Positions 39,149 to 48,536 of a stretch of 64,000 bases of DNA are shown here, one piece after another. Origin of the DNA: Nitrospirota bacterium (GTDB taxonomy: Bacteria; Nitrospirota; Nitrospiria; Nitrospirales; Nitrospiraceae). The notes beneath the pieces are model-generated. The model ran no database searches. It was not told the origin of the DNA and saw only the letters and a program-made list of their open reading frames with translations. Both the position numbers and the translations under genes were made by a program. The stretch covers positions 17,238 to 81,237 of the forward strand of contig JAQBES010000043.1 of the NCBI GenBank assembly GCA_032123755.1, in the 5' to 3' direction. The number at the start of each line of letters is the position of its first letter. The stretch's first letter is position 1.

Positions 39149-41583
39149 ATGTCGTCCTGCTTGCAGAAGTTACGGCCGAACGGGTGATCGGTGGTGCCGA
39201 GCGAGTCCTCCGGCAGCAGGCGTTGGGGCTTACTAAGCTGGGCCATCACGTCTGCGTGATCGCGCGGGCTCCCTTCGAGTCTGCAGAGGCCACCCTATCG
39301 ATTGGAAGCGTAACTGAACGGCGCTATCCCGTGAGGCGAACCAGCGAGCCGGCCTTTGTCTGGTCCTCGGTGCAGAACTCCCTTCGGGTGTTTGATCTGA
39401 CGCGGCAGACCAGTCCTGTCGATGTTGCCATGATTCACCAGTCACTGGCTGGACTGGGTCCGATCTTGTCTCGCTATCGGACGGTCAGCCACTGGGTCTA
39501 CGTCTGTCACTCATTGGCGCAAGAGGAGTATCTTACCAGAGCAGAGCGGGCGACGACGACGCTGGAACGGGTCAGGCGGCGGCTGAGCGCGCGGGCCAGG
39601 AGTTGGATAGAACGAATGGTGATGCGCCGCTGTCATCATGTGGTCGTCTTGAGCGAATTCATGAAACAACAAGTGATAGACACGCACGGAATTGCGCCGC
39701 GACACATCACCGTCGTTCCCGGCGCAGCCGATCAGGGCACGTTCTATCCACCGCACGATCGGAGCGAGATCAGGCGGGAACTCAAATTACCCGAGAGCCG
39801 CACGATTTTGTTTACGGTCCGTAATCTGGTCCCGCGCATGGGGTTGGAAAATCTTCTCGAGGCCATGACGATGCTTGGGCAGGTGCCGCAGAATCTACTG
39901 CTTCTGATCGGAGGGGAGGGCCAACTGCGCCCACGATTGGAGGAGCTGATTCACAGCAAGGGATTACAAGACGAGGTGCAGTTGCTCGGATTCGTGCCGG
40001 AGGATCAGCTGGCGAAGTACTACCAGGCTTCTGACTTGGTCGTGATGCCGACGCTGCAACTCGAAGGGTTCGGCCTGGTGACGGTCGAGGCGCTGGCATG
40101 CGGGACATCTGTGATGGGGACACCGGTCGGTGCGATTCCAGAAGTGTTGAGAACAGTCGATCCGCTCTTTGTGACGGAAGGGACAGACGGAGAGGCTCTC
40201 GCAAAAACATTAAGATTGATCTTGAAGTGCTTTCGTGATCAACCGGATGAGCGAGAGCGTTTCTCAAAGAAAGGTCGCGAGGTCGTGGAACGGCGCTACA
40301 ACTGGGTGGCGCATACGGCTGATCTGGACTGTCTATTCGTGAGCATGTCCAACAGAGACCGTTCTACTGCCGCGCAGGACAATATCGAACAGGCTCCTAG
40401 GGCGAGGAAGGTGATCCATGTGGTCACGCGCCTCGACTATGGCGGGTCGGCGAAGAATACGATGCTGACCGCTCTCGGACATGACCGTGCGCAATTCGAG
40501 CCGCTCGTGGTCGCCGGATATCCAGGTTGTTGGGATGCCCAGGGCGGGCAGGCAGCGACCGAGGAGAATTGTCGGCAACTCGAGCAGGCCGCAATTCGTT
40601 GGATGATGCTTCCTTCGTTGACGAGAGAGGTCCATCCACTCAAAGATGTGCAGGCCCTGTGGCAATTGTTTTGCCTCTTCCGGCGCGAGAAGCCGGCACT
40701 GGTCCATACCCATACATCGAAGGCCGGTGTGTTAGGGCGAGTGGCTGCCTGGGTTGCGAGAGTGCCGGTCATCGTCCATACGCCGCACGGCCATGTGTTC
40801 TACGGCCATTTCGGTCCATTCCGATCCTGGTTGTTTCTTCAGATCGAGCTGGTGCTGAGTGCCATCACGGATCGCCTGATTGCGCTGACGGAAGCGGAAC
40901 GTCAGGAACACCTCGATCGTGAGGTCGGCAAGGCCGACCGGTTTTCCGTGGTGCCGAGCGGGATTGATCGGGAGCGGTTCAGGCGGGCGAGGGTCCAGGG
41001 GAAACGACAGCCGGATTGGTTCGGCTGTCCACCGGACGCGCTGGTCCTTGGATCGGTCGGGTGGCTCACCGATATTAAAGGCCATGAATATCTAATTGAG
41101 GCCGTCGCCAAGTTGAAACAGGACTTTCCCTCCCTCCATCTTGTGATCATCGGTAGTGGAGATCGGCATGAGGCACTCCTGCAGCAAGCGGAATTGGCCG
41201 GCCTCTGCGATGCCGTACATCTCTTGGGCCACAGGGACGATGTCGAGGTCTGTCTCGCCGGGATGGATCTGTTCGTCCTGCCTTCGCTCAACGAAGGGAT
41301 GGGACGTGCGTTGATCGAAGCGATGGCAGCGGGCCTTCCGGTCATTGCCTCACGCGTCGGCGGTATTCCAGCCGTCATCAGCCACGAACAAACCGGTTTG
41401 CTCGTGGCTCCTGGCGATGCCGGTGCGTTGGCTGAGGCACTGCGTCGGTTCCTCGATCGACCGGAGTGGGCAGGGCAGCTGGGCCTGGCTGCGAGCCGAA
41501 GCGTGGATAGTCGATACGGGTCTGCCTCAATGGTTCACGCAATCGAATCAATCTTTACCGAGGCGCTCAGTGTTCATCTGTAA
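39145..41583 (+). CDS. Fused tandem glycosyltransferase (GT4-GT4, about 812 aa)
   Basis: I chose the ATG at 39145 (ATGA overlap with the asnB stop). The first module ends with LEGFGLVTVEALACGTSVMGTPVGAIPEV. A linker (SNRDRSTAAQDNIEQAPRAR) follows. The second complete module has KVIHVVTRLDYGGSAKN ... NEGMGRALIEAMAAGLPVIASRVGGIPAVI. Confidence 0.8.
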   Translation: MNVVLLAEVTAERVIGGAERVLRQQALGLTKLGHHVCVIARAPFESAEATLSIGSVTERRYPVRRTSEPAFVWSSVQNSLRVFDLTRQTSPVDVAMIHQSLAGLGPILSRYRTVSHWVYVCHSLAQEEYLTRAERATTTLERVRRRLSARARSWIERMVMRRCHHVVVLSEFMKQQVIDTHGIAPRHITVVPGAADQGTFYPPHDRSEIRRELKLPESRTILFTVRNLVPRMGLENLLEAMTMLGQVPQNLLLLIGGEGQLRPRLEELIHSKGLQDEVQLLGFVPEDQLAKYYQASDLVVMPTLQLEGFGLVTVEALACGTSVMGTPVGAIPEVLRTVDPLFVTEGTDGEALAKTLRLILKCFRDQPDERERFSKKGREVVERRYNWVAHTADLDCLFVSMSNRDRSTAAQDNIEQAPRARKVIHVVTRLDYGGSAKNTMLTALGHDRAQFEPLVVAGYPGCWDAQGGQAATEENCRQLEQAAIRWMMLPSLTREVHPLKDVQALWQLFCLFRREKPALVHTHTSKAGVLGRVAAWVARVPVIVHTPHGHVFYGHFGPFRSWLFLQIELVLSAITDRLIALTEAERQEHLDREVGKADRFSVVPSGIDRERFRRARVQGKRQPDWFGCPPDALVLGSVGWLTDIKGHEYLIEAVAKLKQDFPSLHLVIIGSGDRHEALLQQAELAGLCDAVHLLGHRDDVEVCLAGMDLFVLPSLNEGMGRALIEAMAAGLPVIASRVGGIPAVISHEQTGLLVAPGDAGALAEALRRFLDRPEWAGQLGLAASRSVDSRYGSASMVHAIESIFTEALSVHL

Positions 41584-41596
41584 GCGAGACAAACAA

Positions 41597-43117
41597 ATGA
41601 AATGTACGCGATGGCTGATGCTGTTATTGATGATCGTGGTGTCATGCCTGGCGGGCTTTGTTGTGCGCGCACAGGCATCGGATGATCGGCAGCAGTTGCT
41701 GGCCACGGTGCACGTTCATAGTACTGCCAGCACCGGTGAATTGACCATTGAGGCTCTGGCCCTACGGGCAGAACAGCTCGGCCTCGATGTGCTGATTTTG
41801 AGCGACAACTTTTCTCTCCGCTATGAATATGGACTCTGGCCCTTGCCCGGTCTCTTGAAACATCAGGTCAGTTTTCCATCCGTGCTGGAGTATGGAATCG
41901 AACGATATATGGACGAGATCGCGGCAGCGCAGAGTCGGCACTCGAAGCTGATCATCGTGCCTGGTGTCGAGGTCGCTCCCTATTACTATTGGACCGGTTC
42001 GTTAGTGGGACGCACGTTGACGATGCACAATGCCCAACGCAATCTGCTGGTGCTCGGCCTGACCAGGCCGGAGGATTATCGGTCCCTTCCTGCAAGCGGG
42101 AACCCGGGATCCTACACGTTCGATTGGCGCGGGGCGGTGAATGGTGCGCCGATGTTATTGGTTGTTCCCGCTGTCTGGCTGTGGAAGCCGCTCCGTCGCC
42201 GTACCGATCGGCGATCTTTACGGCGCACTGTCGCCTGCACTCTGATCGTCCTTGCGGTCTCACTGGTGGCCAATGCCTGGCCTCTGAGTCAGCCTGCGTT
42301 TAGTTTGTATGATGATCGGCTGGGGTATCGTCCCTATCAGGCCCTAATCGATGATGCGAGGGACAAGGGAGGGCTTGTCTTTTGGTCGATGACAGAAGCG
42401 CGAGACTTTCATGAATATGCTGCCGGGCCATTGGGAACCGTGACCGTCAAGACGGAGCCCCACCCAGAGGCGTTGCTGCAGACGACGGGGTATACCGGAT
42501 TCGGCGGGCTCTATCAGGATGGGCGAACAATCATCAAGCCGGGTGAGTTGTGGGATCGGTTGCTGCAATTGCCTGCCGATGAGCAGCGACCGATCCCGGT
42601 GCTCATCGGGGAGCTGGCGTTTCATGGATTGAGCGATGCCGGCAAGGACTTGCCTCGTCTTGTGACGGCGCTCTGGGTGAAAGAACGGACGGTTGCCGGC
42701 GTGCTGGAGGCGCTTCGATCTGGGCACGCCTATGCGGTGGGAGATGGCGATCATCGCGTCCAGCTTCGGCTCGATGAGTTTCGAGTGGTCTGCCGGGGTG
42801 GCACCAAAGCGGCTTCGGTTGGTGACAGGCTGGATCCAGACGGCGCGCGCGATCTGATGGTCCATCTGTCCATCACGGCGACCGATCGCGGGCGCCATCC
42901 TATAAAGGTGCGGGTGATTCGTTCCGGCGAGGTCCTGGCTCAGTTGGCTGGTGAGACGCCATTTCTCGTCGACTGGCCCGATTCAACTGTGCCAATAAAT
43001 GAGCGGATGACCTATCGGGTGGAGATCACCGGCAGCGGCGAGCTGTTGAGTAATCCAATCTTCGTGGGGCCGATTTCGTCGTCTGTTGACGCCGAAAGTA
43101 AACAGGAAAAATTGTAA
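41597..43117 (+). CDS. Exported/membrane PHP-fold (polymerase and histidinol phosphatase-like) metallohydrolase-like protein
   Basis: I chose the ATG at 41597. Signal peptide or anchor MKCTRWLMLLLMIVVSCLAGFVVRAQA. ATVHVHSTAS...LDVLILSDN resembles the first PHP motif. Two internal hydrophobic segments are present (APMLLVVPAVWLW and VACTLIVLAVSLVANAW). The assignment is tentative. Confidence 0.45.
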   Translation: MKCTRWLMLLLMIVVSCLAGFVVRAQASDDRQQLLATVHVHSTASTGELTIEALALRAEQLGLDVLILSDNFSLRYEYGLWPLPGLLKHQVSFPSVLEYGIERYMDEIAAAQSRHSKLIIVPGVEVAPYYYWTGSLVGRTLTMHNAQRNLLVLGLTRPEDYRSLPASGNPGSYTFDWRGAVNGAPMLLVVPAVWLWKPLRRRTDRRSLRRTVACTLIVLAVSLVANAWPLSQPAFSLYDDRLGYRPYQALIDDARDKGGLVFWSMTEARDFHEYAAGPLGTVTVKTEPHPEALLQTTGYTGFGGLYQDGRTIIKPGELWDRLLQLPADEQRPIPVLIGELAFHGLSDAGKDLPRLVTALWVKERTVAGVLEALRSGHAYAVGDGDHRVQLRLDEFRVVCRGGTKAASVGDRLDPDGARDLMVHLSITATDRGRHPIKVRVIRSGEVLAQLAGETPFLVDWPDSTVPINERMTYRVEITGSGELLSNPIFVGPISSSVDAESKQEKL

Positions 43118-43173
43118 AGATAGATTTAGCAGGAAACTTTTACTTTTCGCCCTCAGACTGTTTACTTGAACCC

Positions 43174-43881
43174 ATGCGTGTCACGATTCATCAACCGCAG
43201 TTTCTGCCGTGGCTTGGGTATCTGGACAAGATCGATCAAGCAGATCTGTTCATCGCCTTGGACTCGGTACAGTTTAAAAAAAACGAGTGGCAAAATCGCA
43301 ATAGGATCAGAACCGCGGAAGGCTGCCAATGGATCACCGTGCCGGTCCTCCATCACTTTGGCCAACTGGTGAAAGATGTTCGGATCAATCAGGCCGTGAC
43401 CTGGCGGAGCCAGCACCTGCGCGCCGTTGAGATGCATTATGCGCGGGCGCCGTTCCGCGACCGCTATCTGTCGGAATTGCACAGCCTCTATGCGACTCCA
43501 TGGGAACGGTTGCACGATCTGAATATGGCGGTAATTCGCTGGCTGCTCGGGGCCTACGGGATTACGACGCCTGTTCGCTGTGCATCGGAATGGGCGGTGC
43601 GTGAAGAGCCCACCGACCGGTTGATTGATCTCTGTCATGCCGTTGGAGCATCGGGATATCTCTCCGGTCCAGGCGGGGAGCAGTATTTAGATACCACGCG
43701 GTTTGAATTGTCCGGACTGAGGCTGGAGATTCAACAGTTCCAACATCCGATGTATCGGCAAGTCTATGAACCATTCATGCCGGCTATGTCGGCAATCGAT
43801 CTGTTGTTCTGTTGCGGCCCGGAGGCGCTGACGCGATTGCGCGATGCACGGGCGGGACAGAACGAGGTCACGGCGGGCTAA
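43174..43881 (+). CDS. WbqC family protein
   Basis: MRVTIHQPQFLPWLGYLDKI..ADLFI.LD.VQF.KNEWQNRNRI is the characteristic WbqC N-terminus. Confidence 0.75.
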   Translation: MRVTIHQPQFLPWLGYLDKIDQADLFIALDSVQFKKNEWQNRNRIRTAEGCQWITVPVLHHFGQLVKDVRINQAVTWRSQHLRAVEMHYARAPFRDRYLSELHSLYATPWERLHDLNMAVIRWLLGAYGITTPVRCASEWAVREEPTDRLIDLCHAVGASGYLSGPGGEQYLDTTRFELSGLRLEIQQFQHPMYRQVYEPFMPAMSAIDLLFCCGPEALTRLRDARAGQNEVTAG

Positions 43882-43901
43882 CACCGCTCGAGGAGGATGA
43901 G

Positions 43902-44546
43902 ATGGCGAACGAGCGTAGAGTGCCGATGCGGATACTGGCAATCGGTGCTCATCCGGACGATATTGAGGCCGGATGCGGCGGCACGTTGATCAAGTATGCG
44001 CAAAAGGGGCATCGCATTTTTCTGATGGTAATGACGGCCGGCGATAAGGGTGGTTCGGGCGACGTACGCAAACGTGAGCAGGCGCAATCGGCGAAACAAT
44101 TGCGGGCCGAGAAGATTTTCTGGGGCGGGTATGAGGACACGGCGGTTCCGATGGGACGCGAATTGATTCAAGAGATCGAAGCGGTGGTGAAAGAGGTCCA
44201 GCCGCACTTCATTTTCTCGCACTATCACGACGATACCCATCAGGACCATAGGCACCTGGCGATGAGTACGATTACCGCGACCCGCTATACCAAGAACGTG
44301 TTGTTCTACGAAGGACCGACAACCCAGAACTTCTCGCCGACCGTCTTTGTCGATATCGATCAGGTGGTCGAGGAGAAGATCAAATCGATTGAGGCCCACG
44401 TGTCGCAGGTGAAAAAGACCAACATCGAAGATCTAAGTATCGTGGATGTGATTCGGGCCGGGGCGCACTTCCGCGGCATCCAGGGTCGGGTAAAAAACGC
44501 AGAAGGCTTTGTTCCGCTGCGATTGTTTATTAATATCGGCATATGA
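43902..44546 (+). CDS. PIG-L/LmbE family deacetylase
   Basis: ILAIGAHPDDIE.GCGGTL and HYHDDTHQDHR (the zinc-site HxDH motifs). I chose the internal ATG at 43902 (SD GAGGAGGATGAG). Confidence 0.8.
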   Translation: MANERRVPMRILAIGAHPDDIEAGCGGTLIKYAQKGHRIFLMVMTAGDKGGSGDVRKREQAQSAKQLRAEKIFWGGYEDTAVPMGRELIQEIEAVVKEVQPHFIFSHYHDDTHQDHRHLAMSTITATRYTKNVLFYEGPTTQNFSPTVFVDIDQVVEEKIKSIEAHVSQVKKTNIEDLSIVDVIRAGAHFRGIQGRVKNAEGFVPLRLFINIGI

Positions 44547-45622
44547 CGACTGTGGCGACAATAATTCCCCACTCACGTCCTGCGATCGACCAGGAGGACT
44601 TGCGAGCGACAGCCGAGGTACTTCGTTCCGGTCAGATTTCACAAGGGCCCTGGGTGAAGCGATTCGAACGTGGGATGGCAGGGTTCTTTAGCTTGCAGGG
44701 TGGGGTGGCTGTCAGTTCTGGGACTGCGGCGCTCGAGCTGGCCCTGCGGGCGCTCAGGATTGGAGCCGGTGACGAAGTCATCATGCCAAGCTATGTCTGT
44801 CCGGCGCCATGGCTCGCGACGCAACGAGTGGGGGCAGAGGCCCGGCTCGTCGACATCGATCTGAATACGTTCAACATCGACCCGCTCGCAGCCTGCCAGG
44901 TGGTGACCAATAAGACTCGCGCGATCATTGTTCCGCATCTGTTCGGCCTGCCGGCTGATCTGACGGCTCTTGAACGGATTGGGATCCCGCTGATTGAGGA
45001 TTGTGCACAGACGCTAGGGATGTCGGAACAGGGGCGGTCTGTCGGCACGGTCGGACGACTCACCGTGTGTTCTTTCTACGCGACGAAGTTGCTGTGTGCC
45101 GGAGAAGGCGGGATGGTACTGTCGAATGAGGGGGCGTTACTCGAACGAGTCAGGTTGCTGCGCGAATATGATGGCGCCGCCACGCTGGATCCCTCCTCTT
45201 TCAACCTCAAACTGACCGACTTGCAAGCAGCACTCGGGCTATCTCAACTGACACGACTCTCGGCCTTTCATGAACGGCGACGGTTTCTTGCGGCAGGCTA
45301 TCGAGAAGCACTATCCTCCACGTCCGCTGTCTGCCCGAGCCTGCCTCTAGGCAGGACACACGGGTACTATCGATTTGTGATCAGGCTGCCGCATGTACAG
45401 ACTGACCCTGATGGTCTCATGAGTCTGGTCAGTCGGTTGGAGCAGCAGGGGATTCACTGCCGCAAGCCTGTCTTTCGACCGCTCCACCGCTATCTGGATC
45501 AGTCCGGTTTCCCTAATAGTGACGAAGCGGACAGAACGGCGTTGTCGATTCCACTCTATCCCGATCTCACAGATGACGAAGTCCGGCAGGTTCAACAATC
45601 CTTGGTCCAGGTCTTGTCATGA
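44543..45622 (+). CDS. DegT/DnrJ/EryC1/StrS family PLP-dependent sugar aminotransferase
   Basis: VSSGTAALELALRAL, VIMPSY.C, and FYATKLL..GEGGMV (PLP-binding Lys). ATGA overlaps on both sides. Confidence 0.85.
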   Translation: MTTVATIIPHSRPAIDQEDLRATAEVLRSGQISQGPWVKRFERGMAGFFSLQGGVAVSSGTAALELALRALRIGAGDEVIMPSYVCPAPWLATQRVGAEARLVDIDLNTFNIDPLAACQVVTNKTRAIIVPHLFGLPADLTALERIGIPLIEDCAQTLGMSEQGRSVGTVGRLTVCSFYATKLLCAGEGGMVLSNEGALLERVRLLREYDGAATLDPSSFNLKLTDLQAALGLSQLTRLSAFHERRRFLAAGYREALSSTSAVCPSLPLGRTHGYYRFVIRLPHVQTDPDGLMSLVSRLEQQGIHCRKPVFRPLHRYLDQSGFPNSDEADRTALSIPLYPDLTDDEVRQVQQSLVQVLS

Positions 45623-46788
45623 AAGCCATTGACGTCGAGGTCTCACCGTTCGCGTTGCGCAGCAGCCGGAGCTGGCTGACACCGGCTGCGCTGGGGGCCC
45701 TGCTGGGAGCGCTGGCCTTGGCGGTTCCCACGGTTCGTCATCTCTTTGCGCTCGAAGGTATTCGATGGCTCCACATCCTCCTCTTTGCATTTCTCGTTGC
45801 CGGCGCATTAACGCCATTCATGGTGCATCTCGGTCATCAGTGGGGGCTGGTCGATCAACCGTCGGAGCGAAAGATCCATGTGCAACCGACTCCTAGGCTT
45901 GGTGGTGTGGCAGTCTATCTTGGATTCCTCGGCTCGGTGCTGTTGAATTCGATCCTGCCGGACTGGATGATCGCCACGCTGGCGGCCGGATCGCTATTGC
46001 TGATCGTCGGTGTGATCGATGACGTTTGGGAATTGCCTGCTGCTTCGAAGCTGGTCGCCCAACTTGTGGCAGCCGGGATCGTTATTTCCACAGGCAAGGT
46101 TCTGACGCTGTTTCCGGGCGGTCCAGTCGGCGATGTTGCGAATGTTATGCTGACGTTGCTCTGGATCGTTGGAATCACGAATGCCTTCAACTTTTTTGAC
46201 GGCATGGATGGTTTGGCCACGGGGCTTGCGATTCTCATAGCCGGATTCATGGGAGCGGTGGCATTTGAAACAAACCAGCCTGAATTGGGTTGGCTTGCCA
46301 TTGCCATCATCGGGGCAGGCGTAGGATTTCTTCCTTACAATTTTCGTGGGCGTAAACCGGCTGTGATTTTTCTTGGAGACGGTGGCGCGACTTTCCTCGG
46401 ATTCACGCTTGCCTGTCTCGCCGTCAAAGGGAATTGGGCGGATCATAGTCCGATCGTCTCATTTAGTAATCCGCTCCTTATCTTCGGTGTGCTCATCTAC
46501 GACATGATCCATATCACTGTGGAACGGATGGCGACAGGGAAAGTGCGCTCGATCAAGGGATGGCTCGACTACGTGGGTAAAGACCATCTCCATCATCGGT
46601 TGGAGCGTGCGTTGGGGTCGCGCCAGGCGAGCGTCGCGATGATTTGTCTCATGACGATTTGCCTCGGGTTGGCAGCCTTAGCCCTCCGTGAAGCCGGAAC
46701 GGCTGAGGCGCTGCTGCTGCTTGTACAAGCCTGCTTGATTGTGGTCATGATCACAATCTTGGAGTGGAGCGGTCGCCAGAAACGTTGA
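45619..46788 (+). CDS. Polyprenyl-phosphate hexosamine-1-phosphate transferase (MraY/WecA/WbpL family; priming enzyme)
   Basis: [16 protein letters not shown] and [13 protein letters not shown], with about 10-11 TM segments. Confidence 0.85.
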   Translation: MKAIDVEVSPFALRSSRSWLTPAALGALLGALALAVPTVRHLFALEGIRWLHILLFAFLVAGALTPFMVHLGHQWGLVDQPSERKIHVQPTPRLGGVAVYLGFLGSVLLNSILPDWMIATLAAGSLLLIVGVIDDVWELPAASKLVAQLVAAGIVISTGKVLTLFPGGPVGDVANVMLTLLWIVGITNAFNFFDGMDGLATGLAILIAGFMGAVAFETNQPELGWLAIAIIGAGVGFLPYNFRGRKPAVIFLGDGGATFLGFTLACLAVKGNWADHSPIVSFSNPLLIFGVLIYDMIHITVERMATGKVRSIKGWLDYVGKDHLHHRLERALGSRQASVAMICLMTICLGLAALALREAGTAEALLLLVQACLIVVMITILEWSGRQKR

Positions 46789-46829
46789 CCCCTTGCACTG
46801 TGCCGCAGTTCCCGCTACAAGATTCCTTC

Positions 46830-47861
46830 ATGGTTCCTACCGTTGAATGGAAAGACGGTGCAGTAAGGCTGCTCGACCAGAGCCGATTGCCGGAGTACGT
46901 CGAGTTTTTAGACTGCCGAGACTATCAGACCGTCGCCGACGCAATTCGCAGTCTTAAAGTACGAGGCGCTCCGGCGATCGGTGTGACTGCGGCGATGGGG
47001 GTCGCACTGGGTGCCCAGACCGTCACGGCATCAGACTATGAGGCCTTCACCAAGGCGGTGTTTGTGATCTGCGATCATCTCGCGTCGACCAGGCCGACGG
47101 CGGTCAATCTGTTTTGGGCCATCGAACGGATGAAAGGCTTGCTCACCTCTTTACGCACGCAGCCGATTCGGTCCATCAAAGCCGCGCTGCTGAAGGAGTC
47201 ACAAGTTATTCTCGATGAAGATATCGCGCTCTGTAAGGCGATGGGACAGCACGGGGCGAGACTCATTGCGAGCGGCCAAACGGTCCTGACCCATTGCAAT
47301 GCCGGTGCCTTGGCAACCGCCGGCTACGGAACGGCATTGGGCGTCATTCGCGCGGCCTGGGAGCAGGGGAAGAATATTCAGGTCATCGCAGACGAAACCA
47401 GGCCGGTTCTGCAGGGTGCGCGACTCACGGCCTGGGAGTTGATGCAGGACAAGATTCCTGTGACGCTCATCACGGATAATATGGCAGGCGCACTCATGCG
47501 GCAGGGGAAAATTCACCTCTGTATCGTGGGGGCGGATCGGATCGCCGCCAACGGAGACGTGGCGAACAAGATCGGTACCTACTCAGTTGCCGTGCTGGCC
47601 AAAGCCCATGGGATTCCCTTCTACGTGGCCGCGCCCTATTCCACGATTGATTTGAAGACGAAAACAGGAGCAGACATTCCAATCGAACAACGGAACCCAA
47701 GCGAAGTCACCACCATTCATGGAAGCCATCCTGTCGCGCCGATCGGCGTGGCCGTCTACAATCCCGCGTTCGACGTGACCCCGGCTGAATTGATTGCAGG
47801 GATTATTACCGAGCGGGGTGTCTTTCGCCCGCTGGATCTGGCTGAGCAATTCGCCTCTTAA
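46830..47861 (+). CDS. mtnA: S-methyl-5-thioribose-1-phosphate isomerase
   Basis: [24 protein letters not shown] and [19 protein letters not shown] chose the internal ATG at 46830. Confidence 0.88.
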   Translation: MVPTVEWKDGAVRLLDQSRLPEYVEFLDCRDYQTVADAIRSLKVRGAPAIGVTAAMGVALGAQTVTASDYEAFTKAVFVICDHLASTRPTAVNLFWAIERMKGLLTSLRTQPIRSIKAALLKESQVILDEDIALCKAMGQHGARLIASGQTVLTHCNAGALATAGYGTALGVIRAAWEQGKNIQVIADETRPVLQGARLTAWELMQDKIPVTLITDNMAGALMRQGKIHLCIVGADRIAANGDVANKIGTYSVAVLAKAHGIPFYVAAPYSTIDLKTKTGADIPIEQRNPSEVTTIHGSHPVAPIGVAVYNPAFDVTPAELIAGIITERGVFRPLDLAEQFAS

Positions 47862-47875
47862 GATAAGACGTTCTC

Positions 47876-47904
47876 TTGTAACACATGAAGCCCATCCCTA
47901 TAAT
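47876..47904 (+). promoter_or_regulatory. Candidate sigma70-type promoter of ndk (TTGTAA-17 nt-TATAAT)
   Basis: TTGTAA at 47876-47881, a 17-nt spacer, TATAAT at 47899-47904. It is about 55 nt upstream of the ndk ATG (SD GGAGGAAG). Confidence 0.5.
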
Positions 47905-47958
47905 GGGTCGGTCATTTTTGCCATGTTTCCAAACTAGACTGGAGGAAGACTTTACGCA

Positions 47959-48378
47959 ATGAGTGAACGAACATTAGCCATTATCAAGCCGGATGCAGTA
48001 AAGAAAAATGCGATTGGCGACATTATTGCCTGCTATGAAAAAGCCGGTCTGAAGCCGGTGGCCCTACGCATGATGCAGTTCTCAAAAGCGACGGCCGAGG
48101 GATTTTATGCCGTGCATAAGGCCCGACCATTTTTCGATAGCCTCTGCACGTTCATGGTGTCCGGTCCGGTCGTAGTGCTGGTCCTGAAGGGTGACAACGC
48201 GATCAAGAAGAATCGTGAGCTGATGGGTGCGACCGATCCGGCCAAGGCGGAGGCTGGCACGATTCGCAAGGCACATGGGGCAAATATCGAGTTCAACGCG
48301 GTGCATGGATCTGATTCGCCGGAGACCGCCAAGTTCGAGATTGGATATTTCTTTGCTGAAATGGATCTTCTTGGATAG
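47959..48378 (+). CDS. ndk: Nucleoside-diphosphate kinase
   Basis: [12 protein letters not shown] and NAVHGSDS (active-site His). Confidence 0.95.
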   Translation: MSERTLAIIKPDAVKKNAIGDIIACYEKAGLKPVALRMMQFSKATAEGFYAVHKARPFFDSLCTFMVSGPVVVLVLKGDNAIKKNRELMGATDPAKAEAGTIRKAHGANIEFNAVHGSDSPETAKFEIGYFFAEMDLLG

Positions 48379-48398
48379 GAACGTCTCTCGGTTAACAG

Positions 48399-48425
48399 GA
48401 TGCTGGAAAAGTCCAGCATCTTTCT
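48399..48425 (+). terminator. Intrinsic terminator-like hairpin after ndk
   Basis: GATGCTGG-aaaagt-CCAGCATC followed by TTTCT. Confidence 0.6.
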
Positions 48426-48428
48426 GAA

Positions 48429-48507
48429 AGGTTGAGGCTCAGGCTGAGGTTGAGATTGCAAGAGATTGATCCTAGCTCAGCCTTGACCTCGACCTTAACC
48501 TCAACCT
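48429..48507. repeat. Hexad-armed imperfect palindromic element, copy A
   Basis: The left arm is AG-GTTGAG-GCTCAG-GCTGAG-GTTGAG (48429-48454). The right arm is CTCAGC-CTTGAC-CTCGAC-CTTAAC-CTCAAC-CT (48476-48507). The arms are mutually complementary with periodic mismatches. Confidence 0.75.
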
Positions 48508-48536
48508 GCTTCACTGCCTGTTAGGTGTGAAGGGCT

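Noticed and set aside
20645-46788. A PEP-CTERM/exosortase-type EPS system, suggested by the Wza-like plus chain-length/tyrosine kinase, O-antigen-ligase-like, AsnB-like and several GT4 genes.
   Set aside because: No exosortase (EpsH-like polytopic protease), no EpsI-type transpeptidase and no PEP-CTERM tail protein is present in the window. The similarity is limited to generic EPS components.
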